Shown here piece by piece: positions 10,571 through 18,518 of a DNA stretch of 32,000 nucleotides. The position numbers were made by a program, and so were the translations under genes. Source of the DNA: Vibrio vulnificus CMCP6 (GTDB taxonomy: Bacteria; Pseudomonadota; Gammaproteobacteria; Enterobacterales; Vibrionaceae); assembly GCF_000039765.1 (NCBI RefSeq), contig NC_004459.3, forward strand, positions 510,001 through 542,000. Reading direction: 5' to 3'. Positions within the stretch are counted from its first letter, which is position 1. Every line of letters starts with the position of its first letter. Below the pieces are notes generated by a model. That model ran no database searches and was not told the DNA's origin. It was given only the letters and a program-made list of their open reading frames with translations.

Positions 10571-11105
10571 TTTTCCACATATCCCCAACAGTAGCAAACT
10601 TACTGATGTGATATAGCTAAGATTTATCGTGTTTCAGACCCAATTGAATAACTTTTCAGCACAAAAACAGTTATCAACACAAGTTTGAGACACAGACCAC
10701 ATTTATTCACCTTTTCTGTGAATAACTTTGTGAAGAATAACTTCTTTTCGTCAATGATAGTTTCATCATCACTCACTCATAAACATTACCTCTTTCCAAA
10801 AATAAAAAATAGCCTTTAATATTCAATCAATTAAAAATACAAACAAGATCTTTCAGCAAACTAACTCTTGATGATCTTTTGACCACAAACAGATCGGTCA
10901 AAGATCATACAACGCCTATTTTATCCACACTCAAAGTTTTAAAAATGACTAACATCACCAAAAATCAAGCAAAATATCGCTTACCATATACTGTTTATTG
11001 ATCCATGATTTTACTTTTCACCTTTGAGAACGCCCCTTTCTGTGGATAACTTATTAATAGATCAAAACACCAGCAATGATGATCCTTGAGCGTATCGCTT
11101 CGATC
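10571..11105. promoter_or_regulatory. Putative DARS2-like DnaA-reactivating region: DnaA-box cluster plus GATC cluster between rppH and mutH
   Basis: Near or exact DnaA boxes at 10571-10579 (TTTTCCACA), 10671-10679 (TTATCAACA), 10703-10711 (TTATTCACC), 10717-10725 (reverse TTATTCACA), 10729-10737 (reverse TTCTTCACA), 10921-10929 (TTATCCACA) and 11041-11049 (reverse TTATCCACA). GATC starts at 10847, 10873, 10892, 10903, 11000, 11060, 11081 and 11102. From memory, E. coli DARS2 occupies the same mutH-rppH (ygdP) intergenic position. Confidence 0.72.
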
Positions 11106-11151
11106 CGATTCTTTGTTACCATATCGCTTTCCCATTATTACGGCCTTGGTT

Positions 11152-11835
11152 ATGAAACCCATTCCACAAACAGAAGCAGAACTGCTCCAACGAGCGAATC
11201 AAATTGCAGGTTGTAGCTTCGCCGAGTTGGCAGAAGAAGCGAATATGGACGTTCCTCTGGATCTCAAACGCGACAAAGGTTGGGTGGGGCAACTTCTTGA
11301 GTGGCACTTAGGCGCGCCTGCTGGCAGTAAACCACAGCAGGATTTTTCCGAACTGGGTATTGAGTTAAAAAGTATTCCCGTCAGTTATAGCGGCAAACCG
11401 CTTGAAACGACGTTTGTCTGCGTAGCACCACTGACGGGTGTGCATGGATTAACGTGGGAAACCAGTCATGTGCGCAATAAACTCTCCCGCGTGTTATGGA
11501 TTCCGGTTGAAGGGGAGCGAGAAATCCCACTGGCAGAGCGTCATGTCGGTACACCACTGCTTTGGTCTCCCAATGACGAGGAAGAAATATTACTCAAAAA
11601 TGACTGGGAAGAATTGATGGAGATGATCGTGTTTGGTCAATTTGATCAAATTTCGGCCCGACATGGCGTGGCTCTTCATCTCAGACCAAAAGCCGCGAAT
11701 AGCAAAGCACTCACCGAAGCGTATAACATCAACGGAAAACCGATTAAAACACTGCCACGTGGATTTTATTTACGAACTCAGTTTACCGCTCAGATTTTGC
11801 AAAATGCCTTCAACTCATTGCTCAATGAGGAGTGA
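11152..11835 (+). CDS. mutH: DNA mismatch repair endonuclease MutH
   Basis: [77 protein letters not shown]: MutH with catalytic D/ELK region. The ORF track start (11086) includes an unlikely 22-codon extension. Confidence 0.95.
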   Translation: MKPIPQTEAELLQRANQIAGCSFAELAEEANMDVPLDLKRDKGWVGQLLEWHLGAPAGSKPQQDFSELGIELKSIPVSYSGKPLETTFVCVAPLTGVHGLTWETSHVRNKLSRVLWIPVEGEREIPLAERHVGTPLLWSPNDEEEILLKNDWEELMEMIVFGQFDQISARHGVALHLRPKAANSKALTEAYNINGKPIKTLPRGFYLRTQFTAQILQNAFNSLLNEE

Positions 11836-12133
11836 GTTGCAGTTCAATATCATAGTAAGAAGCCAATCGGTCGCTACCAACTTCTTCGTAGACGTTATGT
11901 AAACGAAGATACGCTTTCTCCACCCCCAATCTCAGTAATTCTTCTTTCACTAAATCCAAAGACGAGAAATGCATCAATTCCTCCCCTTGTTTAATAGGCT
12001 CAAGATGATGTTTGTACTCTATGGCCAACAGATACTCATTGGCATCAGAGCAACCTATTACGAACATTTTAGGCGGCACATAATGATCATGATGTTTACT
12101 GTGTAGCCAAAGATCCAATTGATGTTTCTGCAT
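11822..12133 (-). CDS. Conserved hypothetical protein, DUF6482-like
   Basis: [89 protein letters not shown]; coherent ORF convergent with mutH. The family name is from memory. Confidence 0.65.
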   Translation of the reverse strand: MQKHQLDLWLHSKHHDHYVPPKMFVIGCSDANEYLLAIEYKHHLEPIKQGEELMHFSSLDLVKEELLRLGVEKAYLRLHNVYEEVGSDRLASYYDIELQLTPH

Positions 12134-12341
12134 AGCCTACCTCAATCCGATTTCGCGATTTGTCCATTAGGCTGTAAGTGTAGTCCATGATCAATATGGT
12201 AGGGCAAGAGAGAAGCTCGCTTAAGTTGATGAAATTATCAATTATGATATTGCATCTTCACCTCTTCTCCTGAGCGTTAAGTCGGCATAAGATGTTGAAC
12301 AATAGGTAACCGACAATAAATCCAATTAACAAGGAAGTGCC

Positions 12342-13376
12342 ATGCAATACACTAAGCTGCCCCATTCCACGCTTGAGATCAGCAAACTTTGCCTTGGAAC
12401 CATGACCTTTGGTGAACAAAACTCTCAACAAGACGCTTTCGAACAACTCGATTATGCGGTCGCTCAAGGTATTAATTTTATTGATACAGCAGAAATGTAT
12501 CCGGTACCACCAAAAGCACAAAGCCAGGGGTTAACGGAGCAGTTTATCGGTAATTGGCTAAGCAAAAGTGGCAAACGTGAAAAAGTCCTCATCGCCACAA
12601 AAATAGCCGGCCCTCGCAATGTTCCCTATATTCGAGACAACATGAGTTTAAACCGACGCCATATTCATACGGCGATCGATGACAGCCTAACGCGCCTACA
12701 AACCGATTATGTCGATCTCTATCAATTACATTGGCCTCAGCGTCAAACCAACTGCTTTGGTCAACTCAACTACCCTTATCCCGATGCGCAAGAAGAAGTG
12801 ACGCTCATTGAAACGCTAGAAGCACTGAATGAACTCGTTAAAGCAGGAAAGGTACGTTATATAGGCGTGTCTAATGAAACCCCTTGGGGCGTAATGACCT
12901 TGCTGCGTTTAGCCGAAAAACACGACTTACCAAGAATTGTTTCGATTCAAAATCCATACAATTTACTCAATCGCAGCTTTGAAGTTGGTTTGTCCGAGAT
13001 TAGCCACTATGAAGGCGTTCAGTTGCTTGCCTACTCTCCGATGGCGTTTGGCACGTTAAGCGGTAAATACCTCGATGGCGCTCGCCCAAAAGGCGCTCGC
13101 TGTACTCTCTTTGAGCGTTTTCAGCGCTACTTTACCCCGCAAGGGCTAGAAGCAACCAAAGCGTATGTTTCACTCGCCAGAGATTACGGCTTGGATCCCG
13201 CGCAAATGGCGCTGGCTTTTGTTAATCAACGCCCATTTGTCGCCAGTAATATCATTGGAGCAACGACTCTCGATCAGCTTAAAGCCAATATCGAGAGTCT
13301 CAATGTCAAGTTAGAAGATGAGGTGTTAAATAAAATACAGCAGATTGGTACCACCTACTCCAATCCATGCCCATAA
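12342..13376 (+). CDS. tas: NADP(H)-dependent aldo/keto reductase, Tas family
   Basis: MQYTKLPHSTLEISKLCLGTMTFGEQNSQQDAFEQLDYAVAQGINFIDTAEMYPVPPKAQSQGLTEQFIGNWL...YVDLYQLHWPQR: Tas/YghZ-type AKR. Confidence 0.92.
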   Translation: MQYTKLPHSTLEISKLCLGTMTFGEQNSQQDAFEQLDYAVAQGINFIDTAEMYPVPPKAQSQGLTEQFIGNWLSKSGKREKVLIATKIAGPRNVPYIRDNMSLNRRHIHTAIDDSLTRLQTDYVDLYQLHWPQRQTNCFGQLNYPYPDAQEEVTLIETLEALNELVKAGKVRYIGVSNETPWGVMTLLRLAEKHDLPRIVSIQNPYNLLNRSFEVGLSEISHYEGVQLLAYSPMAFGTLSGKYLDGARPKGARCTLFERFQRYFTPQGLEATKAYVSLARDYGLDPAQMALAFVNQRPFVASNIIGATTLDQLKANIESLNVKLEDEVLNKIQQIGTTYSNPCP

Positions 13377-13382
13377 CATTGC

Positions 13383-13412
13383 GGGCTGTAACCACCAAGG
13401 TTACAGCCCTTT
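13383..13412 (+). terminator. Hairpin terminator between convergent tas and the DUF1127-like gene
   Basis: GGGCTGTAACC-accaa-GGTTACAGCCC-ttt: 11 bp perfect stem with a short T tract. Confidence 0.7.
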
Positions 13413-13415
13413 CGA

Positions 13416-13667
13416 TTACGTCGGTATTCGCGCACTAAGCACACGGCGAATATGACGGATTCGACGCGCGACTTTGACTTCGTCCGGAGTGGTGTTTGGG
13501 TTCGCTCGACCACCTTCATCTAAACCAATGTCTCTTAGTAAGAAGGCGTTGTTCCAAGGAATTTCATAACTACTACGACGGACACGTTTCGCCCATTCAC
13601 GTTCTTCACGTTTTAAATCGGCTTGAACCAAAATAGTGGCTAATTTCAAATAAATAGAGTGACGCAT
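13416..13667 (-). CDS. DUF1127-like small protein
   Basis: MRHSIYLKLATILVQADLKREEREWAKRVRRSSYEIPWNNAFLLRDIGLDEGGRANPNTTPDEVKVARRIRHIRRVLSARIPT: DUF1127-like 'LLRDIGL' core. The start is placed at the internal ATG (13667). Confidence 0.7.
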   Translation of the reverse strand: MRHSIYLKLATILVQADLKREEREWAKRVRRSSYEIPWNNAFLLRDIGLDEGGRANPNTTPDEVKVARRIRHIRRVLSARIPT

Positions 13668-13799
13668 TATTTTTCTCCAAATAAAAATGATTGCTGAGAA
13701 AAATGACGTGCTTTCGGGTAGATCAACTCGTAGAGAGAGACACAAACTAAGCTGCCATTTTCCGCAGCTCAGTTAAATAACAATGAGGGTGCGGATTAA

Positions 13800-13907
13800 C
13801 TAACCATTGATAGCGGTATCAGCGCCGATGCTGATAACCACACTCATCTCAGATGAATGAGCATCACGAAGAGCACAAACAGGTTGATTTGCATTCAATT
13901 TCAACAT
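13800..13907 (-). CDS. Putative 35-aa small protein (hypothetical)
   Basis: MLKLNANQPVCALRDAHSSEMSVVISIGADTAING, preceded by an SD-like AAGGGGG (gaagggggctaacATG). It lies in an otherwise empty gap between vpsR and the DUF1127-like gene. Confidence 0.35.
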   Translation of the reverse strand: MLKLNANQPVCALRDAHSSEMSVVISIGADTAING

Positions 13908-14124
13908 GTTAGCCCCCTTCAATGGTTTATTAATCCTAAAGTTTTGATGTGGTATAACTCGAAAGTTACGGTTAAATTGTAAGCAAAAACGGTTGCTAAT
14001 CAATCACTTTTTCTCCAATGCAGCAATTACAAAACATCCTACTAAATGTCAGTTGCATATTGATTGGTTATAACATATTCACCTTAGCAATATGAGGTTG
14101 TTAGATGATTATCTGAATGTAAAA

Positions 14125-14146
14125 AGGCCATTCAATAGAATGGCCT
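14125..14146 (-). terminator. Rho-independent terminator downstream of vpsR
   Basis: AGGCCATTC-aata-GAATGGCCT, read on the minus strand and followed by a T tract (aaaaa on plus at 14121-14125). Confidence 0.8.
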
Positions 14147-14178
14147 CAAGCTTTGGGTGATTTAAACAGGATATTCCG

Positions 14179-15513
14179 CTACACCGTTTGTTCGGAAATC
14201 AAATTGTGTTTGTTTAGCAGTCGATACATCGTCGCACGTGAAACCCCCAATTCTTTGGCGGCATTAGAGACCTGACCAGAATGAGATTCCAGTACCAGCA
14301 ATAGCGCATCGCGCTCACTTTTCTCACGGATATTTTTTAAGCTGCGTTTACTATCGCCACGTTTAGGAAGATCCAATTGCGGCACATCGATGATCACGCT
14401 ATCTGACATCAAGACAGCACGCTTAATTTGATTCATCAGCTCGCGTACATTGCCAGGCCAGTAATAACGCATCAAAGCTCTCAGCGCTTCTTCAGAATAG
14501 CCTTTTGCCTGCGCGTTATACTCTTTTGAGTACTCTTGCAGGTAGTAACGAGCCAACAAGGTGATGTCACTGGCACGCTCTTTGAGACTTGGCACATTAA
14601 TCCGCAGCACATTGATGTAGTGGTAAAGCTCTTCACTAAAATCCCCATCGATCAATGCTTTTTCAATATCGGAAGCATTCGCCGTCAAAATGCGGACATT
14701 GACCTTCTTCATACCATCGCTGGTTTCTATCGTTCCTTCTTGCAAGAAACGAAGAAGGTGCAGTTGCTGAGTTTTGGAAATGGTTAGAATGTCATTAAAC
14801 AGCACCGTGCCACCATCAGCCTGCTCTAGTATTGACGGCCCTGCATTTGCGTCAGCCCCAATGCCAAAAACATCCGCTTGAAAACGTTGCTCGCTCATTG
14901 CACGACATTTGACAGAAAAGAATGGCTTCATCGCACGCGATGAGATTTTATGAATGGCTCGAGCGACCGTTTCTTTTCCTGAGCCATTTTCCCCATTGAT
15001 CAGAATGCTCACATCGGTAGGACCAATGCGTTTAATTTGATCGCGTAGGCGCTTCAAAGGAACCGATTCCCCAATCAGTCCCATATCTTGATTATTGCCA
15101 AACGTCGGCCAAACCTTCTTCTCGAGCTTTAACATGCCCAATTGATGGCCTATCGTACTGAGCAGTTGCGCATCAGGGATAGGTGCGGTGAAAAAGTCGA
15201 TACAAAAGTTAACGATAAACTGGCAAATCGTGTCAGAGCTGAGTTGCTGTTCACGAATAAAGGCGAGCCAGCGCACGTGCTTGTGTGTACTCACAAGATT
15301 AGCGATGCCATTGAGACTGAACTCATCATGGCTAAGGTCAACAATGCCGATGCATGGCCCAATATCTTCTAACAGCGCGTCCACTTTGCGTAAATCCGCA
15401 CATTGATGGCACTTCCAGCCCACCTGCTCCAAAACGGACAACCAAGGCTCATAAGTACCACCAACCACTACCAATGACCCCGGTACAGAATCCATCTTAA
15501 ACTGAGTAGCCAT
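14179..15513 (-). CDS. vpsR: VpsR-type response-regulator/bacterial enhancer-binding-like transcription factor (biofilm polysaccharide regulator)
   Basis: MATQFKMDSVPGSLVVVGGTYEPWLSVLEQVGWKCHQCADLRKVDALLEDIGPCIGIVDLSHDEFSLNGIANLV...INGENGSGKETVARAIHK...SNAAKELGVSRATMYRLLNKHNLIS strongly resembles V. cholerae VpsR, and lies next to lysS as in V. cholerae. Confidence 0.9.
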   Translation of the reverse strand: MATQFKMDSVPGSLVVVGGTYEPWLSVLEQVGWKCHQCADLRKVDALLEDIGPCIGIVDLSHDEFSLNGIANLVSTHKHVRWLAFIREQQLSSDTICQFIVNFCIDFFTAPIPDAQLLSTIGHQLGMLKLEKKVWPTFGNNQDMGLIGESVPLKRLRDQIKRIGPTDVSILINGENGSGKETVARAIHKISSRAMKPFFSVKCRAMSEQRFQADVFGIGADANAGPSILEQADGGTVLFNDILTISKTQQLHLLRFLQEGTIETSDGMKKVNVRILTANASDIEKALIDGDFSEELYHYINVLRINVPSLKERASDITLLARYYLQEYSKEYNAQAKGYSEEALRALMRYYWPGNVRELMNQIKRAVLMSDSVIIDVPQLDLPKRGDSKRSLKNIREKSERDALLLVLESHSGQVSNAAKELGVSRATMYRLLNKHNLISEQTV

Positions 15514-15670
15514 ATACAACCCTTTCACTATTTCGATCGTTAGTTACATTATCGAGACTAATGATTCATAAGTCTGTTTCAAATATGAGACAGTTAATTA
15601 ATTCTAGACTCAATTACTAATACTTGGAATGCAGGTAGCATTTAGTGATGTAAAAGGAATTCTGCTCGAT

Positions 15671-15697
15671 AAAAAAAACCACCCGAAGGTGGTTTTT
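15671..15697 (-). terminator. Terminator downstream of lysS
   Basis: aaaaaaaccacccgaaggtggttttt hairpin just downstream of the lysS stop on the minus strand. Confidence 0.8.
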
Positions 15698-15711
15698 CAA
15701 TCTATTTGCTC

Positions 15712-17244
15712 TTACGCCTGAGGACGCATCGCTGGGAATAGAATAACGTCACGAATCGTGTGCGTGTTGGTCAGTAGCATCACTAGACGGTCGATGCCGA
15801 TACCTTGACCAGCAGTCGGTGGTAGGCCGTGCTCTAGTGCTGTGATGTAGTCTGCATCGTAGAACATGGCTTCGTCATCACCCGACTCTTTCGCTTCAAC
15901 CTGTGCTTTGAAACGTGCGTCTTGGTCTTCTGCATCGTTAAGCTCAGAGAAACCGTTCGCCACTTCACGGCCACCGATGAAGAACTCAAAGCGGTCTGTG
16001 AAGAACGGGTTGTCATCGCTACGACGAGCCAGTGGAGAGATATCTGCTGGGTAGCCAGTGATGAACGTTGGCTGCATTAGCTTAGGTTCTGCTGTTTCAC
16101 CAAAGATCTCTTCAAGAAGCTGACCACATGTCCAGAAAGGTTCGACTTCTACGTGAACCGATTTCGCGATAGAAACCATTAGGTCACGGTTTTGAATGTC
16201 TTCTTCCGTTAGCGCTTGGATTTGCGCGTGGTCTGGGTTGTAGTGCTTGATTGCTTCAAACATGCTCATGCGAGTGTATGTGCCACCAAACTCAACAGTA
16301 TGCTCACCGTAAGGCATTGACGTTGAACCTAGAACTTCTAAAGCCACCGAGCTTAGTAGCTCTTCAGTTAGATCCATCAGATCTTTGTAGTCCGCGTACG
16401 CCATGTAGAATTCCATCATAGTGAATTCAGGGTTGTGACGTGGAGAAAGACCTTCGTTACGGAAGTTACGGTTGATTTCGAATACGCGATCAAAACCACC
16501 AACAACTAGACGCTTCAGGTATAGCTCTGGCGCAATACGTAGGTACATTGGCATATCTAGCGCATTGTGGTGCGTAACAAATGGACGCGCACTCGCACCG
16601 CCAGGGATCACGTGCATCATTGGCGTTTCAACTTCCATGAACTGTTTAGAGATCATGAAATTACGGATTGCCGACATCACTTTTGAACGTACTACAAACG
16701 CATTACGAGAATCTTCATTCACGATGAGGTCAACATAACGCTGACGGTAACGCATTTCTTGGTCAGTGAGACCGTGGAACTTCTCTGGCAGTGGACGAAG
16801 TGCTTTAGTTAGCAACTCGTACTCTTCCATGTTTACGTATAGGTCGCCTTTGCCAGATTTGTGCAGCGCACCTTTCACACCGATGATGTCACCGATATCA
16901 AGACCTTGGTATTTGTCTTTCAATACTTTTTGTACATCTTTGTCCGCGTAAGCCTGGATACGACCAGAAGTTTCTTGGATCACCAAGAATGGACCACGTT
17001 TCGCCATAACACGACCCGCAATAGCAACAACGTGGTTAAGTGCTTCTAGCTCTTCCTTACTCTTTTCACCGAACTCTTTTTGAAGGTCGCCAGCTAGGCT
17101 GTCACGACGGAAGTCGTTTGGGTGGCCATTTGCTTTGCAGCTCTTTCGGATTTGATCCAATTTTGCGCGGCGTTCAGCAATGAGCTTATTCTCTTCTTGT
17201 GCAGAGGCTTCTTGTACAGTTTCGTTTTGAACAGCATCAGTCAT
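15712..17244 (-). CDS. lysS: Lysyl-tRNA synthetase (class II)
   Basis: [31 protein letters not shown]...[100 protein letters not shown]; 510 aa. Confidence 0.97.
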   Translation of the reverse strand: MTDAVQNETVQEASAQEENKLIAERRAKLDQIRKSCKANGHPNDFRRDSLAGDLQKEFGEKSKEELEALNHVVAIAGRVMAKRGPFLVIQETSGRIQAYADKDVQKVLKDKYQGLDIGDIIGVKGALHKSGKGDLYVNMEEYELLTKALRPLPEKFHGLTDQEMRYRQRYVDLIVNEDSRNAFVVRSKVMSAIRNFMISKQFMEVETPMMHVIPGGASARPFVTHHNALDMPMYLRIAPELYLKRLVVGGFDRVFEINRNFRNEGLSPRHNPEFTMMEFYMAYADYKDLMDLTEELLSSVALEVLGSTSMPYGEHTVEFGGTYTRMSMFEAIKHYNPDHAQIQALTEEDIQNRDLMVSIAKSVHVEVEPFWTCGQLLEEIFGETAEPKLMQPTFITGYPADISPLARRSDDNPFFTDRFEFFIGGREVANGFSELNDAEDQDARFKAQVEAKESGDDEAMFYDADYITALEHGLPPTAGQGIGIDRLVMLLTNTHTIRDVILFPAMRPQA

Positions 17245-17276
17245 TTTCGATGTATCCTGTTTAGTCGGTGAAAAGC

Positions 17277-18375
17277 TTAAAGGCCTGATTTCAGGCTAGC
17301 TTCAATAAATTTGTCCAGATCACCGTCAAGAACCGCTTGAGTATTACGGTTTTCGACGCCCGTACGGAGGTCTTTAATGCGTGAATCATCCAATACGTAA
17401 GAACGGATCTGGCTACCCCAGCCAATGTCAGACTTAGCGTCTTCATTAGCTTGTTTTTCCGCATTTTGCTTTTGCAACTCAAGTTCAAACAGCTTAGCGC
17501 GAAGCTGCTTCATCGCTTGATCTTTGTTTTTGTGTTGAGAACGGTCGTTCTGACACTGAACCACGGTATTCGTTGGTACGTGGGTAATACGTACCGCAGA
17601 TTCGGTGGTGTTTACGTGCTGACCACCCGCACCAGACGCACGATACACGTCAATACGGAGATCGGCAGGGTTAATGTCGATGTCGATGTTTTCATCAATC
17701 TCTGGGTAAACAAACGCAGAAGCAAAAGAAGTGTGACGACGACCGCCTGAGTCAAACGGAGACTTACGCACCAAACGGTGAACACCCGTTTCGGTACGCA
17801 ACCAACCATAAGCATAATCACCGATAATACGTACGGTGACCGACTTAAGGCCAGCAACATCTCCTTCGGAGACTTCGATCACTTCGGTTTTGAAGCCTTT
17901 CGCTTCAGCCCAACGAAGATACATGCGAAGCATCATGCTCGTCCAGTCTTGTGCTTCTGTACCGCCAGAACCTGCTTGCAGGTCAATATAGCAATCTGAA
18001 GAATCGTGTGCGCCAGAGAACATGCGACGGAACTCTAGGCCCGCGAGCTTCTCTTCTAAAGCTTCAAGTTCTGGACCGATTTCATCAAAGGTCTCTTGAT
18101 CTTCAGCTTCAATGGCCAACTCAAGCAAACCTTCAACGTCATCCACACCTTGATCAAGTTGATCAATGGTTTCAACAACCGCTTCCAGTGACGCACGTTC
18201 ACGACCGAGAGCTTGCGCTCGATCAGGCTCGTTCCAAACGTCCGGTTGTTCAAGTTCTGCGTTAACTTCTTCTAGACGCTCTTTCTTAGCGTCATAGTCA
18301 AAGATACCCCCTCAGGACATTTGTGCGCTCAGACACGTCCTGTAGACGGTTTTTAATGGGATTGATTTCAAACAT
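17277..18375 (-). CDS. prfB: Peptide chain release factor 2, with programmed +1 ribosomal frameshift
   Basis: Zero-frame ORF 18375..18298 encodes [25 protein letters not shown] then TGA. Shifting +1 at CTTTGAC continues [22 protein letters not shown]... into the 17277..18146 ORF with [10 protein letters not shown] and GAGGQHVN motifs. Confidence 0.97.
18296..18312 (-). promoter_or_regulatory. prfB programmed +1 frameshift site (AGGGGGTATCTTTGAC)
   Basis: Reverse complement reads AGGGGG TAT CTT TGA C: SD-like stimulator plus slippery CTT followed by in-frame TGA. Confidence 0.96.
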
Positions 18376-18478
18376 GTTGGCTCAACATTTTAGAGTAGAA
18401 TTTAACCGAGGAATTCTACTCAAAAATGTGACAGAGATACAGGAAAAATTGGGAAGAAATTTGCCGAATCCTGAAGAG

Positions 18479-18511
18479 AAAAAAGGAGCGAGATTCGTTC
18501 TCACTCCTTTA
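18479..18511 (-). terminator. Terminator downstream of recJ
   Basis: aaaaaaggagcgagattcgttctcactccttt forms a long, slightly imperfect stem; on the minus strand it ends in a T6 run. Confidence 0.75.
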
Positions 18512-18518
18512 ATGACGG

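Noticed and set aside
10534-11151. Considered whether the DnaA/GATC-rich gap could be crtS, the chr1 site triggering chr2 replication in Vibrio, or a replication origin.
   Set aside because: As I recall, crtS lies in a different V. cholerae gene neighbourhood (around VC0765) and ori1 is by gidA/mnmG-dnaA. The mutH-rppH context fits DARS2 better. I cannot exclude RctB sites without a motif search.
12258-12521. 87-aa minus-strand ORF overlapping the start of tas.
   Set aside because: Antisense to strongly supported tas coding sequence, with no recognisable domain or RBS.
15142-15406. ORFs opposite the vpsR coding sequence (76 and 72 aa).
   Set aside because: Antisense frames within a confidently assigned gene. 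The same applies to ORFs opposite thyA, ptsP, lysS, recJ, xerD, srmB and yaaA.
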